Part shown: one piece after another, positions 1 through 13,859 of the stretch
Numbering within the stretch: the first letter of the stretch is position 1
How the letters are laid out: every line of letters starts with the position of its first letter
NCBI RefSeq assembly: GCF_028641065.1
Contig: NC_073384.1
Location: forward strand, 29,698,001 to 29,762,000
DNA length: 64,000 nt
Reading direction: 5' to 3'
From: Leucoraja erinacea
Lineage: Eukaryota
Notes under the pieces: model-generated
Seen by the model: the letters and a program-made list of their open reading frames with translations, nothing else
Databases searched by the model: none
What the model was told of the DNA's origin: nothing
Translations under genes and position numbers: made by a program

Positions 1-1907
1 GATCTATATCTCTCCATTCCCTCCATGACCATGTGCCCATCTAAAAGCCACTTGAATGCCATTATTGTATTTGCTTCCACCACTAACAGCGGGCAGCTGC
101 TCTGTGTTCTTTTGAGTTACATGGTACCTACCATTCCTTCCCCTGGTTCAGGAGCAGTTGAGCATGACATCACGTTAAATCCACAATACATCTAGGGATT
201 AGTCATACCTAGTAATTGACACCCATAAATGCATCAGTAAAACGTGTTACTACTAATCCTTAGCTCACCTGCAAATTTCAGGATGGTACTATAACCAACC
301 AATTTACCAACCAAGGCATGTGAGTACTATAGAGTTCGGAATGAAGATTTCATTAAAGATTACATTAAAATTGTTCCAGAAATAATATTTGCATAAATTA
401 TAGAGACTGCTGTATAAATAATAGCTCCACTCAAAGTTGATGATTATGATTTGTTTTCTCTATGTTTAGACAGAGAATAAATGCAGGATCAGGCTTCCCT
501 GTACTTGCTGTTTTCATAGTAACCATGCTTCAAATTACACTTGACATTTTCTATTGTTCTGAAATTCATGGGAATCTGAACTCTCATTTTTAATGTGTGC
601 ATGGTGCTGAGTCAAAATATCCAATACTAAGAGGTATCAAACGATTATTGTATTTATTTAAATAGGATGCCCTACTTATTATGAGTACTCTTCTAATTTG
701 CAGGCACACTGTCCAATATTCCAACAGTGATGTTACCTCCCTGAGCGTAGCATGCTCTAGGGGTCAGGGGTAATAAAATAACCTCCAGTATTAGTAATGA
801 GAGCAAAAGTCATTTTTTTGTAACCATAAACTAGTGCAATTGACTGCTGTCATTTCTCTTTTCAATAACATGTATTTGAGCCCCCTCAAAATAAAAGCTA
901 TCAGCTATATAGTCAAGTTAATAATTCAAACTTAAATCTATAAGATATTCTTCACCCTTGCATTAAAAGTTACTGATTAATGAATTATTTCAGTATCCTT
1001 CATGCGACGATGAAAAACTACATGCTTTATTTTATTTTAAGTATAATGTTCTGGGCTTATAATAAATGTAAAACCGTGCCAGGAAAAATCAATGGTGCTT
1101 AGAGATTTCTACAGAAATATTTGACTTGTAAAAGCTCCTCCTGAATCTTTTAGATTTCTGTAATTTCCATAAAGTGTGCAGAAAACCCATTCCTGGAGGC
1201 ATACCACTACTTCATCCAGCTGTATTTGAGTAATATTTAGTTTTTATCTCAACATCTTACCAAACAGATCTTGCCAGTGAAACATGATTGTCACAAAATT
1301 CCTTAAATTTATTCTTGAATGATTATGTCCTATTGAGCTGCTTTTCTTACTTAAGTTAAATCTTTTAGATTTACATTTTGTTTATGTACTTAATAGTTAC
1401 ATAATAGTTTATGTACTTTGCCAGGATCTCTTTTTTTTCTTTATAGACAGTAGACATTGAGTTCCTTTTTGGCCTTTATCAGAATCCACCGTGGCCAACT
1501 GGGATATTTAGGTTAAGGTTCATTATTGTCACATGTACCTAGGTACAGTGAAAAGCTTTGTTTTGCATGCTATCCAAACTATTTAGATATACAATACACA
1601 GATGCAATCAATTCAAACTCAACTACAATAGATAGAGCAAGAGCTGTATGAGATAGTGAGCAGAAGAGTAATATTAAGTTTTGAAATTTCACTAATAGAC
1701 TGTTCAATCCTGTACCTTCCTGACCCATATTGGTTTAGTCTGCCAAATAATAAACCATTATTTTAATTTCTGGAGTATTTATAATTAATACAAATCTATT
1801 TTGTATATATGATGATGATTATTATATATTCATCATCAAATTTAATTTCCATATCTTGTGCCCATTGTCTACATGGTGAGGCCCCTACTCTCCCCATTTC
1901 TGGTTGC

Positions 1908-2095
1908 CAGATCACATGCAGTTATTGAAATACTAATACAAGACATTATGACTTTAACACAAAGTTGAGAGGCTATGATGTCTGTGTACAAGCCAAAACA
2001 ACAGATCACATGCAGTTATTGAAATACTAATACAAGACATTATGACTTTAACACAAAGTTGAGAGGCTATGATGTCTGTGTACAAGCCAAAACAA
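1908..2095. repeat. Perfect 94-bp tandem duplication (2 copies)
   Basis: 1908-2001 and 2002-2095 read identically (CAGATCACATGCAG...GCCAAAACAA). Confidence 0.95.
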
Positions 2096-2542
2096 TAAAC
2101 TTGAGGTAACATTCCAAGCAAATTTAAATTCCTGAATTGGAAGTGCTTGATTCTGTGGTGAATGCCAAAACTGGGAAAAAAAGGAGTTATTTAGATTGAA
2201 TGCTGTATGGCTGCTTCAGTTCATAAAGTCCAATATAAAGCACATTGTTATAATGTTCCAAGAAAAGCGTGTCCATAATGGCCACATTCCATCTGTACAT
2301 GGTGTAATATAAACTGCTCTATTGGTTCATCAATGTTTCTTAATGGAAACTCAATGCATTGAAAAGTGTACAAACATTCCATTAAGCCAGGCAGCAAATG
2401 TTGAGGGAGAAATCAAGCTAATGTTATGGGTCAATTATCCTTCATCAGAATGCGTTTAGTGCTAGCAAGTGAGATGTTATCATGGCTAATTCTAACATTC
2501 ATATGCAATTTTTTTTTGGTTTATCCTTTCTCTTTATTTAAG

Positions 2543-2632
2543 ATAATAAACAGTTATCCATCACCAAGGGTTTATGGAACGCATTGTCATTATGAAAATT
2601 TACCAGCATCTGTGATTGAGAAGAAAACAAAG
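2543..2632 (+). CDS. SULT6B1: Sulfotransferase 6B1-like, internal coding exon (IINSYPSPRVYGTHCHYENLPASVIEKKTK)
   Basis: Polypyrimidine tract + AG at 2541-2542 and GTAAG donor at 2633; 90 bp, phase 0/0. SPR...TH catalytic-His region of cytosolic SULTs. Upstream exons not seen in the window. Confidence 0.9.
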
Positions 2633-3589
2633 GTAAGATTGCCAGGTTACTATTAATATCAGGATACAGGAACATGCGACTAAACAGAAGCATATTCCCC
2701 CAAACTATTCTTAAAATGACTCATTTAATCTGGTCCTGTGTTATAAATATCTGAAAATTGGGAATGGAAAATCACTAATAAAAAGAAGAGAAACCGGATG
2801 GCAGGTTGTAGGGATTTGGAGAATCAAATGGCACTGACCAGGGGCCCTCATGGAGACATGAGTAACTGCAATTGTTGGTATCTTGTGCAAAAAAACAAGC
2901 TGCTGGAGGAACTCAGCAGATCAGGCAGCATCTGTGAAGGGAAATGGATAGGTGACATTTCAATATCTGAAGAAAGATTCTGATTCAAATAGTTCATTTC
3001 TAGCCACAGTTGTGACCTGACCCATTGATTTCCTCCTGCAGTTAGGCTTTTGCTTGAGTATCCATCAGCACAGATATCAGTTATGCTACTTAAATCTCAT
3101 TGAATGCAACTTTTATTGCTGTATTTCAAGAGACTGTTCACAGATCAATAAAATGAAATCCATTTATCATTAAGTTTCACCACCTTCCAGTACAATTGCC
3201 AGCCAGGAAATATGAATTTGACATTAAGATGCTGTGTATAAGAGATTAGAACCACGTAGTTCTAATTAGTGGTGGCCAGATAATGTTCTATGAAGAGCAT
3301 TTGCATGCCTGATGATGAGAGACCAGATAATGTAACACTCGTTTTCAAAAAGGAGAACATAGCTGAAATGAATAATTGCAGGCCAGTTTTATCAATAATT
3401 GTGCTCGGTAGGGAAACTTTACGCTATAAAATAAGACAGAAAATCATAACCATTTTGATAAATGCAAGAATAAGAAATAGATTGTGTAGATTTTAAAAGA
3501 AACAATTAGGTTTTATGAACATTGCAGCTGTTTGTGAAAAGGACATGGTGATCGAGAAATACAGTGAATGGACCTAAGGAAAGTGACAA

Positions 3590-3729
3590 AGTACCTGTCC
3601 CACTTGGGCAATTTTTGTCCCACTTGGGCAATTTTTCAGGCGATTGCCGGCGACTGTCAAGTTGTTCGGTAGTCGCCTGAAAAAACAGTGACTGGAACAG
3701 CGACTGTCAGAGTGGAACACACACACGCA

Positions 3730-3761
<32 letters not shown>

Positions 3762-4160
3762 CACATCGCTTCCTTCACTAGCCCGCTATGCAGCGGGGGA
3801 CAGGGCAAGCGGGGGGAGTGCTATCTGAGTGAAATTCACATGGTGCAAAGCCAAGGTGATACAGACACACACCGCGATGAACAGGAAGGTTGGCGCTGTA
3901 ATTAAGAGGTTAAAGCACAGTGTATGGTAAGTCCTCTAAAAGAGTGGGAGAGAAGGGGGGGAGAGAAGGGGGAGGAGAGAAGGGGGGGAGAGAGACAACT
4001 TTTAAGAAGCCAAACAACTTTTAAAAAGCCAGAGATACACAGCTGAGAAGCTCGGCGGACATTTAACACTACCGGTCGGTTATCCTTGGTTCTGAAAATT
4101 ACTGCTTACCTTTTTTTTCCCCCAATGAGCCAATGAAATTCACCGGTCAGCACCGGCTAC
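3590..4160. mobile_element. Probable PIF/Harbinger-type non-autonomous element fragment with (CA)/(CACG) microsatellite
   Basis: Starts with duplicated (C)TGTCCCACTTGGGCAATTTTT, resembling the GGGCTGTCCCACT terminus of the MITE at 36737; right end not found. Confidence 0.45.
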
Positions 4161-4164
4161 AACA

Positions 4165-6466
4165 CATGTGAGAGGGCAATGCTGCATCTAGTATTGGGAA
4201 ATTGGGAAGGGCAAGTTAATGAAGTGTTTGTGGTGGAGCCTTTTTGGACCAGTGACCACAGTTCAATCAGGTTTAAGATAGTTATGGATAGGGATGGAGA
4301 GCGTCCATGTGTTAAAATGCTCAACTGGAGTAAGGCAAACTTTGAGGATATGAGAGATGGTCTAGCTCAAGTTGACTGGAGCAGGTTATTTGAGGGGAAA
4401 GGAACATCGGCCAAGTAGGATGTTTTTAAAAGTGTACTGACGAAAGCTCAGGATATATACGTCCCCGTTAAAGTGAAGGGCAAAGCAGGCAAAGGTAAGG
4501 AAGCTTGGCTGACGAGGGAAATTGAGGTGTTGGTCAAAAATAAGAAGGATGAATGGGACAGGTATAGGCAGCTGGGATCAAGTGCATCCCTGGAGGAGAT
4601 TCGGGAACTAAGGAGTAAACTGAAAAAGGAGATCAGAAGGGCAAAAAGGGGCCAGGGGATAGCTCTGGCGGGTAGTATTAGGACAATCCCAAAACATTTT
4701 ATAAATACATAAGGGGGGAAAGGGTAACTAGAGAGAGAGTGGGACCTCTCAGGAATCAAAGTGGTCACCGATGTGTGGAGCCACAGGAGATGGGCAAGGT
4801 CCTCAATGAGTATTTCTCCTCTGTATTTTCCGAGGAGAAAGACAGTAGGACGGAGGAACTTGGGGAAGTCATTGAAGTGGATTGAGAGCAGTCAGGATTA
4901 CCGTCGAAGAAATACTGAAGATACTGTCATGCATGAAGGTAGACAAATCTCCAGGGCCTGATCAGACATATCTGAGGACATTGCAGGAATCTAGAGAGGA
5001 AATTGTGGGAGCCCTGGTTGAAATTTACAAGTCGTCCTTAAATACAGGAGAGGTGCCGGAAGACTGGAGGGTGGGAAATGTTGTGCCTCTTTTCAAGAAG
5101 GACTGCAGGGAAAATGCTGGGAACTGTAGGCCGGTGAGCTTAACATCTGTAGTTGGAATGTTGCTAGAGATATTCTGAGGGGATAGGTTATACAGGCATT
5201 TGGATGGGCAAGGGCTGATTAGGGATTGTCAGCATCGTGTATATGGTAGGTTGTATCTCACAAATCTGATTGATATTTTTTAAGACATGACCAAAAAGGT
5301 CAATGAGGGCAGCTGTAGATGTTGTATACATGGATCTCAGTAAGGCATTCAACAAGGTTCCGCATGGTCGGCTGCTCTGTAAGGTTAGATTGCATGGGAT
5401 CCAAGGAGAGATAGCTGAATGGATAGCAAATTTGCTCCATGGAAGGAAGCAGAGGGTGATGGTTGAAGGTTGCTTCTCAGACTGGAGGCCTGTGACTAGT
5501 GGTGTGCCTCAGTGTTCAGTGTTGGGCCTGTTACTGTTTGTCATCTACATCAATGATTTGGATGAGAACATACAGGGCAAGATTTGCAAGTTTGCTGATG
5601 ATACAAAAATTAATAGTATTACAGATAGTGAAGATGGTTGTGAAAGATTGCAGGAGGATCTGGATCGATTGGCCAGGTGGGCGGAGGAATAGTTGATGGA
5701 ATTTAATACAGCGAAGTGTGAGGTGTTGCAATTTGGGACGTCTAACAAGGGCAGGACCTGCACAGTAAATGGTAGGCCTCTGTCTAGTGTTGTAGAGCAG
5801 AGGGATCTAGGAGTATCAGTGCATGGTTCCTTGAAGGTCAAGACACAGGTAGATAAGGTGGTCAAAAAGGCTTTTAGCACTTTGGCCTTCATCAGTCAAA
5901 GTATTGAGTATAGAAGTTGGGAGGTCATGTTGCAGTTGTATAAGACATTGGTGAGACCGCATTTAGAATATTGCGTTCAGTTCTGGGCACCATGTTATCG
6001 GAAAGATATTGTCAAGCTTGAAAGTGTTCAGAAAAGATTTACGAGGATGTTGCCAGGACTAGAGGGTGTGAGCTATAGGGAGAGGTTGAGTAGGCTGGGT
6101 CTCTATTCCATGGAGCGCAGGAGGATGAGGGATGATCTTATAGAGGCATACAAAATCATGAGAAGAATAGATCGGGGAGATGTACAAAGTGTCTTGCCCA
6201 AAGTAGGGGAATCGAGGACCAGAGGACATAGGTTCAAGGTGAGGGGGAAAAGATAGGAATCCGAGGGGTAACTTTTTCACACAAAGAGGACTATCCCATC
6301 GTTTAAGAAACAGGGAGACAGGTACATGGATAGGACAGGTTTGGAGGGTTATGGACCAAGCGCAGGCAGGTGGGACTAGTGTAGCTGGGACATTGTTGAC
6401 TGGTGTGGACAAGTTGGGCTGAAGGGCCTGTTTTCACACAGTATCACCCTGACTCTATGACTCTAT
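4165..6466 (+). mobile_element. 5'-truncated, frameshifted CR1 LINE (ORF2 endonuclease end + RT + 3' UTR) in a SULT6B1 intron
   Basis: SDH, KSPGPD, PEDWR..NVVPLFKK, DxSKAF, SGVPQ and KFADD motifs across broken ORFs; ends in (GACTCTAT)n tail. Confidence 0.95.
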
Positions 6467-6813
6467 CAAGCGAGGAATTAAAACAATGAATGGAGCAAAC
6501 TGCTTGAAAGCCTGTTCATCCAGGAAAGGGAGAGTAGGGAGGGGGGAAACATGAAGGGAAAATGGTGTGGCTACAGAGCAGACTTACCTCATGAATAGTT
6601 GAGTTTGGCAAATTGGTATTATTGCACAGCAGCAAAATGGCTGCTATTTCCTAAAATCCTGCATATTTATTGATTTGGTTCTGATTGGAATCAGGTTTGC
6701 AAGCCATGCTGATGGATTGTGAAGATAATATATATTATACTGTTCTTCTTGCTCTGCCTAGCATTGTTGCAGAAAAAGTTTCAATCTAAACTTTGCTTGT
6801 GACCTTTCCCTAG

Positions 6814-6940
6814 GTGCTGGTGGTGTTTCGCAACCCAAAGGATAACGCAGTTTCGTATTATCACTTCTGTCAGAAACACCCGCTACTGCCCAACTCTGCA
6901 TCCTGGGATGAGTTCTTCAAGGAGTACATGGCTGGAGAAG
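6814..6940 (+). CDS. SULT6B1: SULT6B1-like exon (VLVVFRNPKDNAVSYYHFCQKHPLLPNSASWDEFFKEYMAGE)
   Basis: TAG acceptor 6811-6813, GT donor 6941; 127 bp. Contains the RNPKDxxVS 3'-phosphate (PAPS) binding motif. Not in the ORF track. Confidence 0.95.
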
Positions 6941-7649
6941 GTAGATGTCTTTAGTTACTTAGAGCAACTTTAAATGCATGGACTTTATTGTGTTTTATTA
7001 TCAAAACTGGTTCTAAGTACAGGAGATGCTAATGCAAAACCTATACTTGCAATGGCAGATTTTCTTTACATTTTTTACGCAGTGAGCAGTTACAACCTGG
7101 CACCCAGTGCTTATGAAAGTGATTTAAATGATTTCAAAAGAAAATTAAAGAGACACTTGAAGGAAGTAAACTTGCAAGGCTATAAGGATGGGGGAAGGGA
7201 ATGAGACTGACTGAACTGATTTTCAGATAGTCAGCATGGACAACGTGAACACTTCTGTGTCTCAGTGGCTATAGTACTAATTTAGAACTTTAGATGGAAA
7301 AATGTAAAAAAAAGACTGAAGATTTGTCTTTAATATGGGAAAATAAATATAATTCCAGTTACCTCAGACTCAAGTCCATTTTACCTCGAGGCAGGTGGTG
7401 TAGTGGCCATTTGGCCTGTTTTGCATGTCATTGTGGATGGCATGTGCCTTTAAATTTTAGACTGCCCATTATAATGTGGGTGGGATTTATGACGTGTCTT
7501 TGGGCGTGTTTGCAGCTTAACTGCTTGCACAGAAGTTTAGTTTATTAAATTAGTTTGGAGAGACGATGAAGAAGGTTAATCCTTCGACCATGTCATTGCA
7601 TGTCATTGTTACGGAGACACGAGGAGGCTTTTTTTTTTTTTTTTTCATT

Positions 7650-7897
7650 TTTTTCCCACACAGAGAGTGGTGAATCTCTGGAACTCTCTGCCACAGAGGG
7701 TATTGAGGCCAGTTCATTGGCTATATTTAAGAGGGAGTTAGATGTGGCCCTTGTGGCTAAGGGGATCAGGGGGTATGGAAAGAAGGCAGGTATGGGATAC
7801 TGAGTTGGATGATCAGCCATGATCATATTGAATGGCGGTGCAGGCTCGAAGGGCCGAATGGCCTACTCCTGCACCTAATTTCTATGTTTCTATGTTT
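7650..7897 (+). mobile_element. CR1 3'-end fragment
   Basis: FKRELD-type C-terminus, GATCAGCCATGATC 3' UTR and (TTCTATGT)n tail; same family as 39111-39657 and 62097-62300. Confidence 0.85.
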
Positions 7898-8519
7898 CTA
7901 ATATCTGAAGTAATGAGCTGGAGTTTGAAGAAGATTGCCGTAACAAGTCGGAAAACCTTGGATGTATCTTGCTGTTTTCTATCTACAATAAAGAAAATAT
8001 TCATCAAAAGACTGTGTGCTGAAGCTTTATGAATTGAGAAGCTCTGAAGGTCTCTGAGGCAGCTTGCATGCGTACCGAAGATATTACCCATATCTATTCT
8101 CATCCAATTAGCGGCTAGGATGCTAATTACCTAAAAGATCTGAAAAATCTGCCGCTTCAGGTGTTATATGGCTGATTTCTTGGATGGATTACTATAACTA
8201 ACGGATAACTAATTCTAATCACAGTTAAGTTTCATAACTTTGCTTCTGTAGATTTTAGTCTAAGATACATCATTGCATCCTACTAATCTACAGGAAGATC
8301 ATTTGCAAGAAACAAATTGCACCAAGGAGGGTGTTTGCTGTGTAACAGTGATTGCTGTTTCATTGCTAGATATTGTGAGAGATATTGCTAGATATTCACC
8401 TTCTTATTGTGAATAGTTACAAACGGGCAGGTGTGACACTGATATTGAAGAAATATGACCCAACAATCATAACAGACCCACAAATTATTAATATTTTCCT
8501 CTGACACTTTTCTAAACAG

Positions 8520-8614
8520 TTGCTTGGGGATCTTACTTTGATTCTGCACTCATCTGGGAAAAACACATTGATGATGAACATGTGATGATTATTACGTATG
8601 AAGAGCTGAAAGAG
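8520..8614 (+). CDS. SULT6B1: SULT6B1-like exon ((V)AWGSYFDSALIWEKHIDDEHVMIITYEELKE)
   Basis: CAG acceptor 8517-8519, GT donor 8615; 95 bp; the phase-1 join to the previous exon makes Val. WGSYFD and YEELK motifs. Confidence 0.95.
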
Positions 8615-9279
8615 GTACAGTGGTTTGTTTTATCTCTTACTAACCCTAAACCATACAGGTTAACAAAGAGGATTAGCAGGCACATTTACCTCTGCAAGAA
8701 AGCATTGCAATTGATTGTTTGTCAGTTGGTTCATTTCGTTCACCACCAACCACCCATTTACTCTATTCCCATTTATTACCTAATATTTTCATCAACTCCT
8801 CCGACAGTCTGCCACTCTCCTGCCCACTGGGGGGCAGTGGTCAATTAACCTACCAATCTGCATAGAATGTGGGAAGAAACCAGAGCACTGGGAGAAACCT
8901 ACAGTATGTGGCCACAAAGAGAATATATGTCCCCTGTTGATATCTGAGGTAGATCTCACCTGGCCCTGGGATTTATCAATTCTTAAGCCTCCTGTGATAT
9001 CTAACATCTACACCCCAAAAATGACCTGCACCAGAACTCCCTTATCTTCCACATCCTTCTCCTTGGTAAAAATGGTGCTCTTACACCTTTATGTGATTAA
9101 CTTGCACATCTGTTCCTCTAATTCCCAGTGACTATCAGGAGGCCTGTGTTATTATCCAGTAAAGTCATATTACACTCTTATTCCTAAATTTTACTTTGTT
9201 CTGCCTGTTTGCAGATTTATTAAAATGTTTAATGTTCCTTCCTCTCTCAACACCCACCCACCCCATCCCCACCCTCCAG

Positions 9280-9436
9280 AACCTGATAGGGGGAGTGCAG
9301 AAGATAGCAGAGTTCTATGGCTTCTCACTGAGTGTTGAACAGATTGAAAACATTGCTCGTAAGGGCACCTTCCAGGCGATGAGTGACAACTGCCAGGAAA
9401 CCCATTCAATATTTGGCAACTTCTTTTTCCGAAAAG
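9280..9436 (+). CDS. SULT6B1: SULT6B1-like exon (NLIGGVQKIAEFYGFSLSVEQIENIARKGTFQAMSDNCQETHSIFGNFFFRK)
   Basis: CAG acceptor 9277-9279, GTAGGT donor 9437; 157 bp; ends in RK-G of the RKGxxGDW motif. Confidence 0.95.
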
Positions 9437-9749
9437 GTAGGTATAATTCCATGTTGCGGCACAGGAAACTGCTTGTGTGACTTATTTTCTGGGAAAGCCT
9501 TGTGAATGTTCTTTGATGTGAATTGTTACATTAATCATCTGGGCAAAGCTGATTCACTGCCTGATTTGTTAACGTTTCTTACTAGCAATTACGTTCCTGG
9601 ATGTTGTAACATAGGAAAAAGATGTTTTGTAAGATCAACACAAAGACTCAGCAGGTCATGACTTATCAGGTCATGAAATTTAACTTCATATAGCCTTGCT
9701 GCCAGCTTTAGAGAGTGAGGGTATGTGAATAAGAATCTGGGAGTTAAGT

Positions 9750-10275
9750 GGAGTCAAGTCAAGTTTAATGTCTTTAATAATCATTAATAAGATGAGGTAG
9801 AGGCAGACAACTCACAAAATCATAAATTATACTTACTGTAATTTGCACATAAATACAAGATGGTAAAATGAGAAGAAGACTGCAAAAAAACTAGACATTA
9901 GTGCAAAAATACACAATTGGACAAAGATCAAGTCCATGATATTGTAAGAGGTGATCCATAGTGTTCCATTGTTATGGTAGGTTTAGGGTTGTACAGGCTA
10001 TATTCTAGAACCTGATAGTTGTAAGAAAGTAGCTGTACCTGAACCTGGTGTTGCGGGACTTCAGGCTTCTGTACCTCATGGCCAATAGTGACAGCAGGGA
10101 GAGGACATGGCCTAGATGGTGGGGATCCTTGATGATAAATACCACTATCTTAAGGCAGCACCTCATGTAGATGCTTTTGAAGGTGGGTAGGCTTGTGCTC
10201 TTGTGCCTGTGATGGATGGGGCTGAGTCCACCACTCTCTACCTTCTGCTCTAGTTGGTGAGAAGCCTCTGATCTC
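9750..10275 (-). mobile_element. Decayed Rex1/Babar- or L2-type LINE 3' fragment
   Basis: Minus ORF IIKDPHHLGH...RYRSLKSRNTRFRYSYF and (CTTGA)n tail; related fragments at ~21450-21690, 27140-28350 and 43330-43880. Confidence 0.7.
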
Positions 10276-11121
10276 AATCTTGTGGTATCTTTGCTTCAGT
10301 CACTGAATTGGACTAGGTAGTTGGGTAGTTCTTTTTCATGTTAAGGTTAAGAGGCGATTTGATGGAGGTGGACAGAATCATCTGGGGTGTAGGGAAAGTA
10401 AGTAGATGGTAAATCATCAGTGGATGGTTAGTAGAGCAGGTGACACAATTATAATTTGGGGAGTGGTTCTCTCAAAATATGAGGAAATAATGTTTTAATT
10501 AGAAACTGCTCATGATCTGGAATTCTCATACAATATAGAAACCCTGTGGCCCACTGGATCCGTGCTGCCCATTAGACATCCATCTAGACTCAATCCATTT
10601 TTATTCTCCATACATTTCCATGAACTCCTCCCAGTTTCCACCACTCACCTGATATAGACCAAATTACAGTGGGCAATTAGTAGGCAAATAGGACTAGTTT
10701 AGATGAGTTCCCTTGGTCAGCATGCACAAGTTTCTGTTGAAAGGCCTGTTTCCATGTTGTATGGCTATCCGATTTTATGACGCTATGACACTTAAGATTC
10801 TGCTAATGGAAGATTAGGTCCAAAATGTGCAAGAAAGTTTCCAATTAATGTTTCCATATAATTCCAGAGAGGTCACTTTCATGAAGAGTGAGCGATATTG
10901 GAAAAAAATATATGAAAAAGTGGTGGTGGTGTAGATGTGTAGGAAGTTCAAACATCATTGGATCTAATTCAAAACAATGGCACTTTTTGCCAGTGGTGCA
11001 CAAAACAGCACTCTCCTTATCTAAACCCGTCCATTCACTCTGCTCTGAGGGAACCAGACAACAATTCTATTTATTTGGCTGAACATTGCATTTAATCAAT
11101 TTAAATTTGTTTTAAATGTAG

Positions 11122-11252
11122 GTGTGGTGGGTGATTGGAGAAATCTTTTCACAGAAGAACAAAGTCGAGAGATGGATGCCAAGTTTGAAGAATGTTTAGC
11201 AGGCACAAAACTGGGAGCAAAACTGAAATATGACCTGTACTGTAAGACATAA
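11122..11252 (+). CDS. SULT6B1: SULT6B1-like last coding exon ((G)VVGDWRNLFTEEQSREMDAKFEECLAGTKLGAKLKYDLYCKT*)
   Basis: TAG acceptor ending 11121; completes RKGVVGDW; stop TAA 11250-11252. The C-terminal CLAGTxLGAKLKY..YC tail matches SULT6B1 as recalled. Confidence 0.93.
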
Positions 11253-11275
11253 AAAAATATCGCAGCAAGTATTGT

Positions 11276-11281
11276 AATAAA
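11276..11281 (+). terminator. Candidate polyadenylation signal of the SULT6B1-like gene
   Basis: AATAAA 24 nt after the stop codon; usage not demonstrable from sequence. Confidence 0.35.
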
Positions 11282-13149
11282 CAAGGACTTGTTTTAAAAA
11301 AAAGGAACAATTCATTTGAACTGTGCTTAGAATGCACAGGCTTGAAGCCCAAATCATTAAAATATGGAAAGATCCATTATATCCACCAGGAAAAGACAGC
11401 TTGATGTTACGGATTCAGAGCCAAGTTGCCTGTGACTTTTCAATTCCGTGACTATAATGTTAAGCATATTCACCCCTCGGCTCTATCACCATCCCTACCC
11501 CCAACATTAGCAGCTAAAGCAATCATCCAGACCCCTTTGTTCCTCCTTGACAGAAACAAATCCAATCAGAAATCTCTTGCAATTCATCATAAAGGTGAAT
11601 GCTGCCTGAAGTGCAATACTGCGATATCGCGGCCTCCCAGACTCTCTGCAGCTGTGGCATCAAAATGGCATGCCCTGGACAAGGACAATTATAGGTCATT
11701 GCAGTGAGATTCAGTCATCTACATCCACAAAAGCAAAGCAGTTGTCATTAGCTTCGATGCCTGGTGGAGATTATCTGGGTGCTCCCTTGGGACTTTGTTG
11801 ATCAGCGGGATTGAAGAAGGGAATAACATTCTTTGAAATATAGTTGCATTTTAAATTATTTTTTAAATCCAAAGCAGCTGGGAATACATAAGTGCATTAC
11901 AAGTGGCCTTTTTTTTATTAGCTTTCTGAAAAATAATAATATAAAAATCCACAAACAGAACGACTGTCATGGGCATTATTGTATATTTCCTCCTGATATT
12001 GAAAGTTGCACTAGCAATAATGTGGGGGTGTGTGACTTTGAAAACTGTAATTTCCGAACAATAGCTGGAGGGTTAAAATTGCAGAGTTAAACCAGCAAGC
12101 CTGCAGAATTTTATCTTCTGTCTTCTTTCAAATTGATTTTATTCTTTAGCAGTTTCAACACAGTTTTCTCTTTAGAAACTGCTTAGAATGATGAAAAGTC
12201 TAAGATGAAGAAAATAAAATTAATTATTTAGAATGCGTGTGCTTTTGATTTGAGGATTTAAAATGTTCCTGCTGTGTGAATAGCCCATGATATTGCATTG
12301 TTTAAATGTAACATTTACATGACATCATGGATTATTGTTGGAAATGAATCTGTGAGTGCTGTATCTGGACATTTGCTGTTTGGAGCTTGGCCACAATGTT
12401 AGCAGAAATTACTGATGAAGATCGCTGCCATATTTATTTCATAAAGGGAGTAACAAAGGAACAGCGCTCAAAGGAGAACATTCTGGCATTGCTGGGGAAT
12501 AAGAAGTTAAAGATGGGATTCTGCCTGTGTCCACTGGGTGGAGCTATCACTCTAATACAGGAAGGGAGCAAATGAAGATCGTGCTGAAAGGCACATTTCT
12601 GCAAATAGGCCTCCTAAAATGGGGCTCTGAGGGAGATTTGCAGGGATTTCCCCTCAAAAATTAAAGTATTAAAAATTAAAATGGTACCCATCTGCTTTGT
12701 ATTTCCCTGCCGTTTCAAAAGTAGCCAGAGATCTCAGCATATGGATTTTACTTTCTGGAAGAATTGCGTGTGTTTAAGGCAGGCTTATTGTGATTGAATG
12801 GATATCCCAGCTGTGAAGCATTTAAAGAATTACAATTGAAGGGATGATTTTGATGTTGGCTCGTTATTACTTGGTTTAGATGGAGTATTGAGTCAAGTGC
12901 ATTCATGTATTGCCATCAAATTGATTTATACATTTCTGGACTCCACACTGATACATTTTAATACATTTCTGGTGCTGCATTGAAAATGCCAATTGATCAA
13001 AATTGTAAAGGGAACAGATCTAATTAATAGCAGCCACTCAGCTGTTCATTGAAATCTGAAAGTATTTGCCCTGGGTGTGGTGACAATGCAGTTGCAATTC
13101 CCATAAATTGTATAGAAGAACAGATCAAGACATATTACACTACTCACAC

Positions 13150-13545
13150 TAGACAATAGGTGCAGGAGTAGGCCATCCGGCCCTTCGAGCCAGCATCGCC
13201 ATTCAATGTGATCATGGCTGATCATCCCCAATTAGTACCCCGTTCCTGCCTTCTCCCCATATCCCCTGACTCCGCTATCTTTAAGGGCCCTATCTAGCTC
13301 TCTCTTGAAAGCATCCAGAGAACCTGCTTCCACCGCCCTCTGAGGCAGAGAATTCCACAGACTCACCACTCTGTGATAAAAAGTGTTTCCTTGTCTCTGT
13401 TCTAAATGGCTTACTCCTTATTCTGAAACTGTGGCCCCAGTTTCTGGACTCCCCCAACATCGGGAACATGTTTCCTGCCTCTAGTGTGTCCAAACTCTTA
13501 GCAATCTTATATGTTTCAATGAGAATCCCTCTCATCCTTCTAAAG
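13150..13545 (-). mobile_element. CR1 3'-end fragment
   Basis: Minus ORF MRGILIETYKI...FPMLGES; closely matches 62097-62460. Confidence 0.9.
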
Positions 13546-13859
13546 GACAGTTGGAGAGTGACTTGTAAAAGAATTGAAATAAGGCAGAAAATGCTGGAAA
13601 CTGAGTGGGCAGGTTATACTCAAGGAGAGGTTGGTGTAGTGTGGCCTGGCTGCTGGGCATCTCCCACAGTCATCATATTAGCAACACATAGGCAAAGAAG
13701 CATGTTGTGTTTCCAGCAACCAGATTAAACTTTGTAGTTTCATTCTATCAGAGATATTCCCCTTGTTCTACCCATCTGTCCATCAACTTATCTTCACCTG
13801 TATTCCAAATTTGTTTTCTCCTCTCCCCCATTGTGATGAAGGGGAAAAGAGAAAACAAG

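Noticed and set aside
1-2540. Upstream SULT6B1 exons (PKxGxxW PSB loop)
   Set aside because: No matching frame found after the candidate acceptors checked; presumably before the window.
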